A stretch of 20,000 nucleotides of DNA from assembly GCA_031835245.2 (NCBI GenBank), contig JAVKOQ020000045.1, positions 237,255 to 257,254 of the forward strand, read 5' to 3'. This document shows positions 1 to 10,980 of the stretch, piece after piece. Each line of letters starts with the position of its first letter. Position 1 is the first letter of the stretch. A program made the translations under genes and the position numbers. This DNA comes from Balamuthia mandrillaris (taxonomy: Eukaryota). The notes beneath the pieces were generated by a model that was not told the origin of the DNA, did not search any database, and worked only from the letters and a program-made list of their open reading frames with translations.

Positions 1-294
1 CTGTTCTCTTTGCTTTCTTTCCTCCATCTGCTTCCTGAACTTTTCTTCCTCTTCTTGTCTTTTCTTTTCTTTGATGGCTTCCAGTTCTTCTCTTCTTTGT
101 TCCGCTCTTTCTTGCTTTTCCAGTTCTTCGAGCTCCTGAACTTCCTCCTCCATGCGCCTCATCTCTTCCAGCATCCTCTCTTTTTCCAAACGGAGCGCTT
201 CCAAGTCCTCCTCTTTCTGGGGCTCCCATTCTTTGCGGCGCTGTTCGCGCTCAGCTTTGAGCTTCTCCACTTCTTCGCTTTCCAAAGTAGACAT
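1..294 (-). CDS. 5' part of an E/K/R-rich coiled-coil protein gene (runs off the window start)
   Basis: ATG at 294-292 in a strong Kozak-like context (gccaccgccATG). 98 open codons to the edge: MSTLESEEVEKLKAEREQRRKEWEPQKEEDLEALRLEKERMLEEMRRMEEEVQELEELEKQERAEQRREELEAIKEKKRQEEEEKFRKQMEERKQREQ. Absent from the ORF track, probably because no stop is reached. Confidence 0.8.
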   Translation of the reverse strand, partial: MSTLESEEVEKLKAEREQRRKEWEPQKEEDLEALRLEKERMLEEMRRMEEEVQELEELEKQERAEQRREELEAIKEKKRQEEEEKFRKQMEERKQREQ

Positions 295-496
295 GGCGGT
301 GGCGCAGTACGAGCACTGTCTCTGTCGTTCTTCAAAACCAAAGAATTACACACACAGGGTTACTGCGGCGGCAGCAAACCTCCTGTGAAATTAAGGACTA
401 GATGACGTAATACAGGTGGAGACGATTGGTCCGCCCGAAATGAATATTATTCGTGTCGACATGATACCCGATAGGTGACTGAGGGGTATTGAATGG

Positions 497-510
497 TTTT
501 CCCGCCAAAA
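497..510 (+). promoter_or_regulatory. E2F-like element TTTTCCCGCCAAAA in the divergent promoter between the coiled-coil gene and Mps1
   Basis: Matches the E2F consensus TTTSSCGC. The same 14-mer recurs in reverse complement at 9708-9721. A reverse CCAAT (425-429) and a CHR-like TTTGAA (712-717) are in the same intergenic region. Confidence 0.45.
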
Positions 511-750
511 CTTTTTGGCAAACACCCACAAAAAAAAATTAACGGGCGGCTTGGTACTATTCGAGCTAAAACACCTCAAAGCCGGGGGACACGGAAAAAA
601 CCTGCCAGCAGCGGACGGCCAACCGAACTCGCACCAGCAAGCGTGTAGTGGAATACAGAGACGGACAGACAGACCTCTTTTTTTTTTCCGCTTTCTTTAT
701 TTTTCCTCTCTTTTGAACTGGCGTGTTAGATGTGGTGAAGGAAAAGACAA

Positions 751-3700
751 ATGGCTGATTTGTGGGAAGACAAGGAGAACATAGCCCCGACTACGCTTAA
801 TAGCGCTAGCAAAGTAGATTGGAAGATAGCTGCTTGCAGTCCTCACCACGCGCTTTGCAAACCTCCCACAATCCACAAGAAGAAACGGGCTGGACTTTCT
901 CTGGTTTCCTCTGCCTCCAACTCGCGCGACTCTTCTTCCGTTGAACAAGGCAACTCCTTCAACAACTCCTCATCTTTTAATATATCCTTGTCGCCCATTC
1001 CTGATGCCAAAGGGACCAACCCCCAAGGCACGCAAGACGACGGGCCGCAAACAGACCAACTCCTTACTGCTTCCTCTGTCTCGTCAAATGCCTCTTCTGC
1101 ACTACAATCTTCTTCTGCGGACGGTGAAGACAACAACACTTCCACCGCTCCTATTCAGCTGATGGAGCGAATGGCAATGCTTCGCCAGAAGCTACACATG
1201 TTTCGCGTGGATGATCCCAACAATTCCTCCTCTCTTCCTTCTGTCTCGCTTGCCTCCACCCCTCAACCCAAGACCTCAGCATTAGAGCTAGGCTCCCAAC
1301 TCCACACTGGAGAAGCTCCTCCATCAACCTCTGAGGATAACAGAGGCGACCTAGCAGCTTCCTCTTCCTCTTCCTCTTCCTCTTCCTCTTCCTCTTCCTC
1401 TTCCTCTTCCTCTTCCTCTTCCTCTTCCTCCAGCGAAAAGAGGCTGTCAACAGGCCCAGTACTGTCTGAACTACTGCACGACGGAGAAGTAAACCTGCTG
1501 AGGGAATCTACAGGCGGTACCAACAACACATTTGATCGAGAGCAGGGCCACCGCACTCCTCTGCGTCTGCTGCAAGAGAACAATCCACTCGAAACTCCAT
1601 CTGGCAGCAGCAAGGCTTCTCTACGTCCTGCTGCCGCCACCAAACCATCGTTGCACAAACGATATCAACTGCCTGATCCAACGCCTCCTAGGCGTCGTCC
1701 TCTTGAGTCTGTTGGTTTGTATTGTTCCATCTCTGCTTTTTGCTCTTATTCTTTCTTCTTCACTAACCTTTGAGCAACCCAAACCTTTTTTTTTTTTGAT
1801 ATGGTTCATCAATTATTAGGTGGTACATTTGCGAAACCAGCTTTACGTGTACGCATCAATGAGGACCTTAACCGCACTCACAACATCCCTACAAGCAGTG
1901 ACCAAGATACTGGTAATAACTTTACCCATTTCTCCTCTGAGCTGCTTTTCTTCCTTTTATTTTTTTCTTGATTCCCATACTGACTCAGTATCCACGACCA
2001 GACAACCGATCGGTGGATCAGCACATCTCTGATGAGCACGCAGGAGCAAACCTTTCCTTGAGCCTTAGCTGTGATAGCCACTCTTCCACCCTTGCTGACT
2101 CTGGTACGGAAGAACTTGAGCTGTCTCGGCGATCTCGCTCTTTGGACCGTAAGCCGCGGCTGGATTTAACTCCTCTGCAACCAATGATGAAACGAGGTCA
2201 CACCGACACCGCCATCCCTCACAAGACGAGCAGCAGTGAGAGTGGCAGCAAAGGAGGCAACCCTTTCTTTACGACAGAAGCAGCAGGCGAGCAACCATCG
2301 TTGGCTTCATGCCCAGAAGAAGCTAATCCTGCGGCCTCTTTGCTGGTCAATGGCACTAGTGATCAAATACACCGCTCTTCTGCTGGTTCGCACCTATTGC
2401 AAAGAAGAAAATCGGATGAGCTTCGATCTTCGGCGCTTGTAAGCTCGTCAGCACGCGCTCCTTCCAAATCCAACAAAACACAAGGCGCTTTGCCAAGCAC
2501 TGCGGAGGGCGATGCCCACCCACGAGGCGGCAAGAAAGAACGTTTGTTTGAAGAACCACTTCGCGGCGAACGGACATCTGAAAATGTGTTGCAGCCTTGT
2601 CCACAGGCACAACCTGATACCACAGATACCTCCAGCTCTTCTACACAGCAGCAAAGCACTGTTAAAATCAACTCTGTAACTCCTATAGCCTCTTCTTCTT
2701 CTTCTTCTTCTTCTTCTCCTTCTTCTTCTTCTTCTTCTTCTTCCATCGACAACGCATTGAGTACTACAAGCCAAGTTGGTTGTGGTTCGGTCAAGGACCG
2801 GTCGCCTACTCCTGGCGGTAATCTCGAGAGAGATCCTGTAATGGCTACCCTCGAGAAGAAACGACAAGAGTACTTGAGGAAAAAACAACTCAGGTTAGAG
2901 AGAGAAGCCAAGAGACAAAAGGAGGCGCAAGGCAACATACTCGGTGGTGCGAATGATGATAATGAAAAACAAAAAGAAGAGATGCGGGAAGATAAAGAAG
3001 AAGATAGGCAAGAGAAGCAATGCGAAGAAAATGGTCATCAAATAAAACACAACGAACCAAAGGCAGACTACGAGGAGGTTCCGCGTTGTGGGAACTTGGA
3101 GAAACGAGTGCAACCGCAGCAACCACGAGGCGAAAAGAGGCGCGGAGACACAGGACAAGCAGCAAATGGAACAGAGAACAACAACAACGAGAATGTACCT
3201 CATCATTCATCGCAAGAAACGGACGAAAAGTTGCTAATGGCCAAGCGCAAGTCGCAACAGATCGCCTTTCTTAAAAAGTGGGCTTCCGAAATCGTTTTGG
3301 TACGTCTCTTATACTCTTCATGTCTCCTGATTTCTCTTGCTCTTGTGGTGCACTACAACCAACATTTCCCTTCTTATATATACATGCAGGTGAACGAGCG
3401 GCCTTATGTTAAGTTGGAATGCATCGGCAAAGGAGGCAGCAGCAAAGTGTACAAAGTAATGTCGGCAAACCTCAACATCTACGCGTTGAAATACGTGTCT
3501 CTTAAATCGGTGGAAGATTCTTTGATCGTAGAGAGCTACATCAACGAGATATCATTGTTGAGAAAAGTTAGCAAGTGTGACAATATCATCAAACTTGTTG
3601 ACGCCGAAATCCGGAAAGGTTGCTTCATCGCTCCCTTTCTTTTGAGCGAGACCCTTTTTTCTTAACAACCCTTTTTTTTTTTGTTTTTAATAGGTGCCAT

Positions 3701-4584
3701 CTTTCTGCTCTTGGAGTGTGGAGAGATCGACCTTCAGACGTTGCTTAACCGCCAACGAACCCAAAACAAGAAAAAACTAAAGGAACAGCAACCTACCACT
3801 GCGCTCCTCCCTTCTGGCCTTGGCCTCAACTACGTGCGGCTTTGGTGGGAGCAGATGTTGGAGGCTGTCCACGCCATTCATGAAGAACGAATTGTGCATG
3901 GGGACCTTAAGGTACGACTCCTCTATTTTGTGCTCAGCTCTCTCTTTTTTCGCTCTCTCCATCTGGTTTTACCACAACATTCTGATTTACTTTTTATTTT
4001 TGCAGCCGGCAAACTTTGTTTGTTTTCAGGGCAAACTTAAGCTGATCGACTTTGGTATCGCGAAAGCCATTCAGAACGACACAACAAACATCGTCAGGGA
4101 AAACACCGTCCGTATTTTCTGTCCATTATTTGTACTCTCAATTTGTAGGCTCCGCTAACATTTCTGTATCAATCAACAGATTGGAACCATCAACTACATA
4201 TCTCCGGAGGCATTGATTGATGTCTCTCCTCCAGATTCCAACAGTTATATGAAGGTTAGTTGCTCCATTTTCTTTTGCCGTTATCTATCTTTGTGTTTGC
4301 TCTTCTTTTTATTTATTAACTCGTGGTTCCAGTTGGGTAGGGCGAGTGATATCTGGTCGCTAGGTTGCATACTTTACCAAATGGTATACGGACAAGGGCC
4401 ATTCGCTTCCCTGTCCAACAACTTGCAAAAGATACAAGCCATCATCAGCCCAAAATACCGCATATCATACCCTCCCCTCAACAACGCTTCTCTTTTGGAC
4501 GTCTTGCAAAAGTGCTTGCGCCGAAATCCTCGGGAACGACCCACCATTCCTGAACTTCTTCAACACCCCTTCTTGCAGTCGTGA
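751..4584 (+). CDS. MPS1: Mps1/TTK spindle-checkpoint dual-specificity kinase, 8 exons (751-1714, 1820-1912, 2002-3299, 3390-3618, 3694-3911, 4006-4107, 4180-4254, 4333-4584)
   Basis: Long disordered Ser-rich N-terminus followed by a C-terminal kinase: [108 protein letters not shown]. These are Mps1-family signatures. All GT-AG junctions keep the frame. Confidence 0.93.
1358..1431 (+). repeat. (TCTTCC)n coding microsatellite encoding poly-Ser in Mps1
   Basis: About 12 tandem hexamers, read directly. Confidence 0.9.
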
Positions 4585-4875
4585 AAACGTTGTTTTGTTG
4601 GTTGTCAACAATGAGTCTTTGCCGAGTACCGTGGTCATCTATCTCTCTGCAAAAAAAAAAACAAAAAAAAAAAACAAAGGGGGGGAGCTTGGTTACCACC
4701 CTAGTTGGTTGTTAAGGTTGTTGGGAATACTTTTCAAATTTTGTATGTAAGATTAATTGCTATTTTCCTTTTTGCTTTTTATTTTATTTTTTCCTCTTTT
4801 TTATTTTATTTTATTTTTGTAACGCGACGCGAACAGTACAAAGGAGCAAGCAAGCGAGCACTAGAAAAAACAAAC

Positions 4876-5786
4876 ATGGCCAGCGGCAACGATGAAATAG
4901 ACAGACACGTACTCCGCAAGTACGAGGTCGGCCAAAAACTGGGCAAAGGGGTTTGTTCTTAACTGCTCTCCTGTTTTACTTGGTGTTTTTTTTTTCATGA
5001 CAAAATAATAATCATTCAAAAACAACGACAACAAAAGGCGTACGGAATTGTTTGGAAGGCCACCAAAAAGAAGACGAGACAGACTGTCGCCCTCAAGAAG
5101 ATTTTTGATGCGTTTCAAAATGCGACGGACGCCCAACGCACTTTTAGGGAGATTATGTTTTTACAGGAGCTTAGCGACCACGAAAACATCATTCAACTCC
5201 TCGACGTAATGAAAGCAGAAAACGACAAAGACATTTATCTCATTTTTGAGTACATGGGTTCGTTCTTCTTCTTCTTCTTTCGCGAGCTATTTTTATTCTC
5301 TCTGTTTCTAATTTGTTTGTGTTCAAACTCTGTGTTATGTTGTGTTTCCGCTTTTCTATTGGGTTTTGAAGAAACGGATCTTCACGCCGTCATCCGTGCC
5401 AATATTTTGCAGGACATTCACAAGCAGTACATTATTTACCAGTTGTTGAAGGCCATTATGTACATGCACTCGGGCAACGTGTTGCACCGAGACCTCAAGC
5501 CCAGCAACATTCTTCTCAATTCAGACTGTTTGGTGAAGGTAGCTGACTTTGGTACGAACGCTTTCTTCCTCTTATTCTTTTTCCTTTGTAAAACTTAACT
5601 TATTTACGTGCTTTGAAATCTTTCTCTTAAAAGGGTTGGCTCGTTCGGTGGATCTTGTATCCACAGAGGATTCCCCAGTTTTAACCGACTATGTGGCAAC
5701 ACGTTGGTATCGTGCCCCAGAGATTCTTCTTGGCTCTACCACGTACGCAAACCATTTGTCTCTCTTCACAGCTCAGAATTCGCTTA

Positions 5787-5832
<46 letters not shown>

Positions 5833-6709
5833 TCTCTCTCTTGCTCTCTTTCGTTTAGGTATACAAAAGGAGTAGATCTGTGGTCGGTAGGTTGTATTAT
5901 GGCAGAGTTGTTTGGCGCGAAACCAATATTCCCCGGTAGCTCTACCATGAACCAGCTTGACAAGATTATGGAGGTTACCGGAAGGCCCTCCAGCGAAGAC
6001 ATTGAAGGCGTTAAGTCTCCTTTTGCTGCCACCATTCTGGAAAGCTTGCCTCCATCTACTCCCAAGCCACTCAGCAGCCTCTATCCCAAAACATCTCCTG
6101 AGGCTCTGGACCTTCTTACAAAGCTTCTTCATTTCAATCCAGATAAGAGGATCACAGCTGAGGTTTGTTCTTCTGTTATTTGATTGGCCTTTTATTTTTT
6201 TTCATCTCCTCTTTGTTCTGTTCTTTGTTGGATTTCGTGTGCTACTTTCCGTAAATATTTTCTTATATTTTCAAACAAACAAACAAACAAACAAACAAAC
6301 AAACAAACAAACAAACAAACAAACAAACAAACAAACAAACAAACAAACAAACAAACAAACAAACAAACAAACAAACAAACAAACAAACAAACAACAGGAA
6401 GCGTTAAGGCATCCCTTTTTGGCCAAGTTTCATAAGCCAGAAGAAGAGATGCTCGTGGGAAAAACGATCGTAATTCCTTTCGATGACAACACCAAGTTCT
6501 CCATTTCAGACTATCGCAGCACCATCTACGATGACATCAAACGAGCCCGAAAAGAAAAGCGGCAACAAAAGAAGGAGAAAAAAGCTCAACGCCGAAAATC
6601 CGGCCTCAAGTCTGCCTCAAGCTCCTCGGAGAAGAAGACCAAGAAAAAGGGAAGCAGCAGAAGGAGCTCGTCCTCAAACAAGGAGAAGAAAGAGAAACCC
6701 AGCAAGTAA
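4876..6709 (+). CDS. MAPK15: Atypical MAP kinase of the ERK7/ERK8 (MAPK15, Dictyostelium ErkB-like) family, 6 exons (4876-4950, 5038-5257, 5372-5551, 5634-5742, 5859-6162, 6398-6709)
   Basis: [95 protein letters not shown], activation loop [24 protein letters not shown]; basic C-terminal tail. Confidence 0.93.
5793..5828 (+). repeat. (CT)n intronic microsatellite
   Basis: Read directly, inside MAPK intron 4. Confidence 0.9.
6272..6394 (+). repeat. (CAAA)n microsatellite, ~30 units, immediately before the last MAPK splice acceptor
   Basis: Read directly; ends in acaacag|GAA GCG TTA AGG (EALR). Confidence 0.95.
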
Positions 6710-7030
6710 AGAGTGAATGAACCGCTTTCCTCACTCGGTGTGAAGATACCACGGCGATGCTGCCCAATTTGTAATACAAGAATGTTTCTTTCAAAGAATT
6801 CCTCCTTTCTTCTGCATCAAAAATAATATTAATTAGCAAAATTTCTTCCAGGAAAAATTTTACAAAGGGGTCTGTTGTGCGGCAATGTTTTGCTCTTCCG
6901 TTAATAAATTTGCCGCAAACAACAAAAAATTTTGTATTACAAAGAAAAGGCAGAAAGGGCTTCTTTGCTTTTGCTTCTCTTTTCTCTTTTACGCTTCCTT
7001 CTTGCAACCCAACGACAACACTCGATCCCC

Positions 7031-9416
7031 ATGTTCCAATTCACGCCTGTAGTTCCTCTGCCCACTGCAACCATGACTGCAAAGGAAGAAGAGGAAGAGG
7101 AGGAGGAGGAGGAGGAGGAGGAAGAAGAAGAACATACGGAAGAAGAGGACGAAGACGAAGAGGAAGAAGAGGAGAGAGTTTCAAGAAAGAGGAAACGAGA
7201 GAAAGAAAAAGAGGCACTCTACAAAGCACGGGAACTTAAACGTGCCCGTGAGCTCGTTTCTCTCGCTTCCTTCTCTCGCGCCCGGAGCTTGTTTACGGAC
7301 GTGCAACTGGTTTCGGAAGAGGGCAACCTCCACCCCGCTCATCGCCTTATCCTCTCCGCATCAGAGTCATGGCTTCGTGATGCGCTGGAGGAAGCTGATA
7401 GAAAGGCTTCTCCCGAAAAAACCAAAAGCTCAACCGTGATTGAACTACGTGTGGAATGCCCTTCTGAGGTCTTGGACTTTATGCTTACCTTCCTCTACGA
7501 GAACCGTTTGGGTTTTGGGGGAGATAAATCAGAAGAGGAAGAAGCCATGATGGTAGCAAGCTCTTCTTCTTCCTCGTCCTCCACCGTAACTTCCTCTTCT
7601 TCGACAATAACAGCTTCGTCAAAAGCACTGTTGAAACCGGAATTGGTGGCTGATGTTTTGGTTGCTCTGGAGAAGTATCCCATTCCGTTCTTGGCAGAAC
7701 GCTTGCACCAAGCTGTCAAAGAGGAGCTCTACAAATACGAGGAAAGGGTGGTTCCCTTCTTGTTGACCTTTTACCAGCAGGAAAAGCGAGCAGTCTCCTG
7801 TCGCCAGTTCCTGGCTTACCTGCTGCAGGTGGTTGTCCACCAATTCGAGCATTTTGGCCTATCACTCTATTTTAGTGCTTTGCCATTTACGCTCTTCCGA
7901 CGGATCATCCACCACAAGTATGCACGTCTACCATTCTTTTGTGCTTTTATCATTTGTTTTCTTTCGTTACTTTCTTCCCTCCCTCCTCCCCTCTCTCTTG
8001 CTTACCAATCCGCCCCTTTTCATTTTTCTAGAGAACTTGCAGTCAAGAAAGAAATAGTTGTATTAAACGCTATACGAAAGTATGCTACTGCAGCAAACCC
8101 AAAACCAACCCCCACTGAATTACTCGACTTGTTACAAGCAGTACTTACTTTTAGTCACTTTCTTTCAGATTATTGTTATCCGCTTAACTTACTTTGTTTC
8201 TTTCTTTGTTGTGTTACCTAACCAGGTTCGCTATGGGTTTTTGAGTCTGGAAGAGTTGCAACAGGCTGAACACTCTCGCATGATTCCTGATGAGCTGATA
8301 AAGGAAGGGCTGTTCCATCAGCTCGCTCGTTTGACCGGTCCGGGCAAATGGAGACGTGCCATTCGCGAAAAGATGAAGCAGCCATTACCGCCACACCCAT
8401 GCAGTGAGCTCAGGTTATTCTTCATTCCCCAAAAAGTTGCTTGGTTGTTTGGTTGTTTTACGTGCTTTTGTTATTAACCTGATTGAAAAAAAAGGGAGCT
8501 GCCAAGACCTATGCCTGAAAGCGGGTTTAAACAAAACCCTGGCGAATTGGATCTCTCTGACGGAAAACTCTTCAAATATAAAAACAAAGATTTCAACAGC
8601 GATGGTATTGTGTGGTGGTTAGCCACTTCCTTGGGAAAGAAGGCCTACCAGAATCCCCACACCACTGGAATTATCAAGGTCATTGCATCCTCCGTTAACG
8701 GAAGTAAGTCATTATTTCTCTCTCTCCACCTTCAGCGAAGGGGAGAAAAAAAAAAACTAACACCAGTGGCGGTAGGCTGTCCCCTAGAAACTGCATTGCA
8801 ATATCCCCCTGCGCATAGAGGCGGTCCCTTCGGAGGGATGAGGGGTTTCTTCACCTCTCCTGCGGCAGGTTCCTGGGTTGTTTATGACTTTGGAGCCAAG
8901 TACAAGAGCCTCCGCATCCTGCCAACGCACATTACGTACATATCTTCTCAACCTGGATAGTTTCTTGTTCATTGGGATGAACTAACCTGAAGGAAAACCA
9001 TAATTATGACAGCATTCAGCCACCACCAGGAGGCTCCCATGCTCTTTGCAATTTTCAATTCGAAGCGGCCAACAGTGTCTCCGCCAATAAATGGCGCTGT
9101 CTTCTTGCAGTAACTGCTGATACATCCCTTCAATCCAACACACCAAAAACCTGGCGTATCCCAAAAAAAGTCCATGTACTGCTCGTCTCTTCTCTGCCCT
9201 CTTTTCTTTATTCTGTGCACTCTTGTGTCTCCTCTTCCTCTCTTCATCCCTGCCGTTGCTAAAGATATTATTACTTTATCGTGATTACAGATTTGTGGGA
9301 AGGCCTATCGTTGCTTCCGTCTGATTAGCACAGGTACTGATGCATCTGGCTCCCAGTATGTAGCCCTCTCTGGCATTGAAATCTACGGCCGTGTTTTTGG
9401 GGGTCCTTGCAAGTAA
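7031..9416 (+). CDS. BTB/POZ-BACK protein with C-terminal discoidin/galactose-binding-like (HECTD1/At2g30600-type) domain; approx. exons 7031-7917, 8032-8140, 8226-8413, 8495-8703, 8776-8935, 9013-9175, 9291-9416
   Basis: BTB: FTDVQLVSEEGNLHPAHRLILSASE...FMLTFLYE. BACK: FSALPFTLFRRII, LAVKKEIVVLNAIRKY, VRYGFLS. C-domain: FKYKNKDFNSDGIVWWLATSLGKKAYQNPHTTGIIKVIASS, WVVYDFG, PTHITI, AYRCFRLISTGTDASGSQYVALSGIEIYG. The start (7031 or 7073) and some splice sites are ambiguous. Confidence 0.78.
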
Positions 9417-9584
9417 CTACTTGAAGCTAAACAACGCCGCCAATACACTGAAAGCCGTTCTGTTTCTACAATTGTAGCCCAGAAAGGAACACAGCTGAAA
9501 CGGAAGAGGCAATGTTAGTGTTTGCCAACAGCTCCATTGCTTCTTTTAAAAACTTGCTTCAATACATGCATAGTCAAGGTTCTT

Positions 9585-9660
9585 TCTCTCCTCTCTCCTC
9601 TCTCCTCTCTCCTCTCTCCTCTCTCCTCTCTCCTCTCTCCCTCTCTCCTTCTCTCCTCTC
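9585..9660 (+). repeat. (CTCTCCT)n pyrimidine minisatellite, intergenic/5'UTR
   Basis: Read directly; heptamer tandem with minor variants. Confidence 0.85.
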
Positions 9661-9814
9661 TCTTTTTTTTCGTGTCATGTTTTTTGCCCTCACAGGAAAA
9701 CGAAGGGTTTTGGCGGGAAAATATATTTTCCTTTTTCTGTCGTTTTTTTGTTGGGCCAACAAAAGTTGCAACACATCGCTGGTTTTGAGCGACTTGTGGT
9801 TGCGTCTCTTCCTC

Positions 9815-10835
9815 ATGGCCACCATTCAGATCCAGTTCATCAAAACACTGTGGGGTGTGACGGAAGAAATGGGCAACAGCCCGTCTGGCTACAGCCGTTT
9901 GTTTGCTCGTATAAAGGAGGATGGGTTCCACGGTGTGGAGACACCGATTTGGTTGATCAAAGACAAGACCGCCTTTGCTGAAGCTCTTAAGGAGAACGAT
10001 CTTATGTACATTGCCATGATCAACACCTGCACAGCTCCCGGAGATAATACTGGTTCCCAGAAGCTAGCTGACCATCTTGCTTCCTTTGAGCGACAGGTGT
10101 GACTGTACTGTGGCTTCTCTTGCTCTCTCTGTCGCTCTCCCGCCCTTACTCTCTCTTCTCTTGCTTTCTATTGCCCTCTCTCTCTTTTGTTTCTGCTTGT
10201 TTGTTGCCTCATTCTCATATCCCCAGGTGAGTGAGGCCAAGGAGATGAACCCGCTGCTTATCAACTCACACTCAGGCTGTGATCTTTGGCCTGAAGCAAC
10301 TTCCAAAGCTTTCTTCACCCGTGCACTTGAGGTAGAGCAAGAGCAAGGAATTCTGATCTGCCATGAGACTCACCGTGGCCGCATTCTGTACCAACCCTGG
10401 GTCACTCGTGACCTTTGCCGTGCCTTCCCAGATCTTAAACTGACCGCCGATCTTTCACACTTTTGTGTTGTTGCGGAGCGCTGTTTCCCACCAGAGGACG
10501 AAGACTGGAAGGACTGCATGACCGTGTTTGCTGACCACTGCCGACATATCCATGCCCGTGTTGGCTATGCTGAAGGTCCACAAGTGCCTGACCCCAGCGC
10601 TCCTGAATACAGCACAGAGCTGCTGCGACATGAAACCTGGTGGGATCAAATCTTGACCACACAAGCCGCTAAGGGCATGCAGCTTATGACGGTGGAGCCT
10701 GAGCATGGCACTGATGGCTACCAACATCGCTTGCCATTCACAGGAATGGAGACGGCAGACCTGTGGGTTGTTAACTCATGGATTCGTAAGCGCCAGGAGG
10801 AACGCATGGCCAAGCAGGCCTACTGGCACAAGTGA
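9815..10835 (+). CDS. Xylose-isomerase-like TIM-barrel (sugar phosphate isomerase/epimerase) protein, 2 exons (9815-10096, 10227-10835)
   Basis: KTLWG, RIKEDGFHGVE, INSHSGCD, ICHETHRGR, LTADLSHFCVVAE, HIHARVGYAEGPQVPDP and EPEHG are metal-binding motifs of a bacterial AP-endonuclease-2/xylose isomerase-like family. The intron CAG|GTGTGA...CCCCAG|GTG is phase 0. Confidence 0.85.
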
Positions 10836-10980
10836 AGATTACTTGCAGTCAACACAGGAGTTTTCAAGTGCCCTACTGGCACAAGTGAACAAACTATAAC
10901 AAAATCAGGCTGTTTGCTTTTAGAATTGATTCAAGAATCTCCAAACGAAGGCTGACCTATCTCAGGACACAAAGTGGTAC

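Noticed and set aside
10..405. 131-aa Phe/Leu-rich plus-strand ORF resembling a membrane protein
   Set aside because: Antisense shadow of the E/K-rich minus-strand gene starting at 294.
5957..6709. ORF with (TNKQ)n repeat protein
   Set aside because: Translation through the intronic CAAA microsatellite; only 6398-6709 is a real MAPK exon.
9512..9814. N-terminal extension of the TIM-barrel ORF
   Set aside because: Runs through a pyrimidine minisatellite and promoter-like sequence; family similarity begins at the ATG at 9815.
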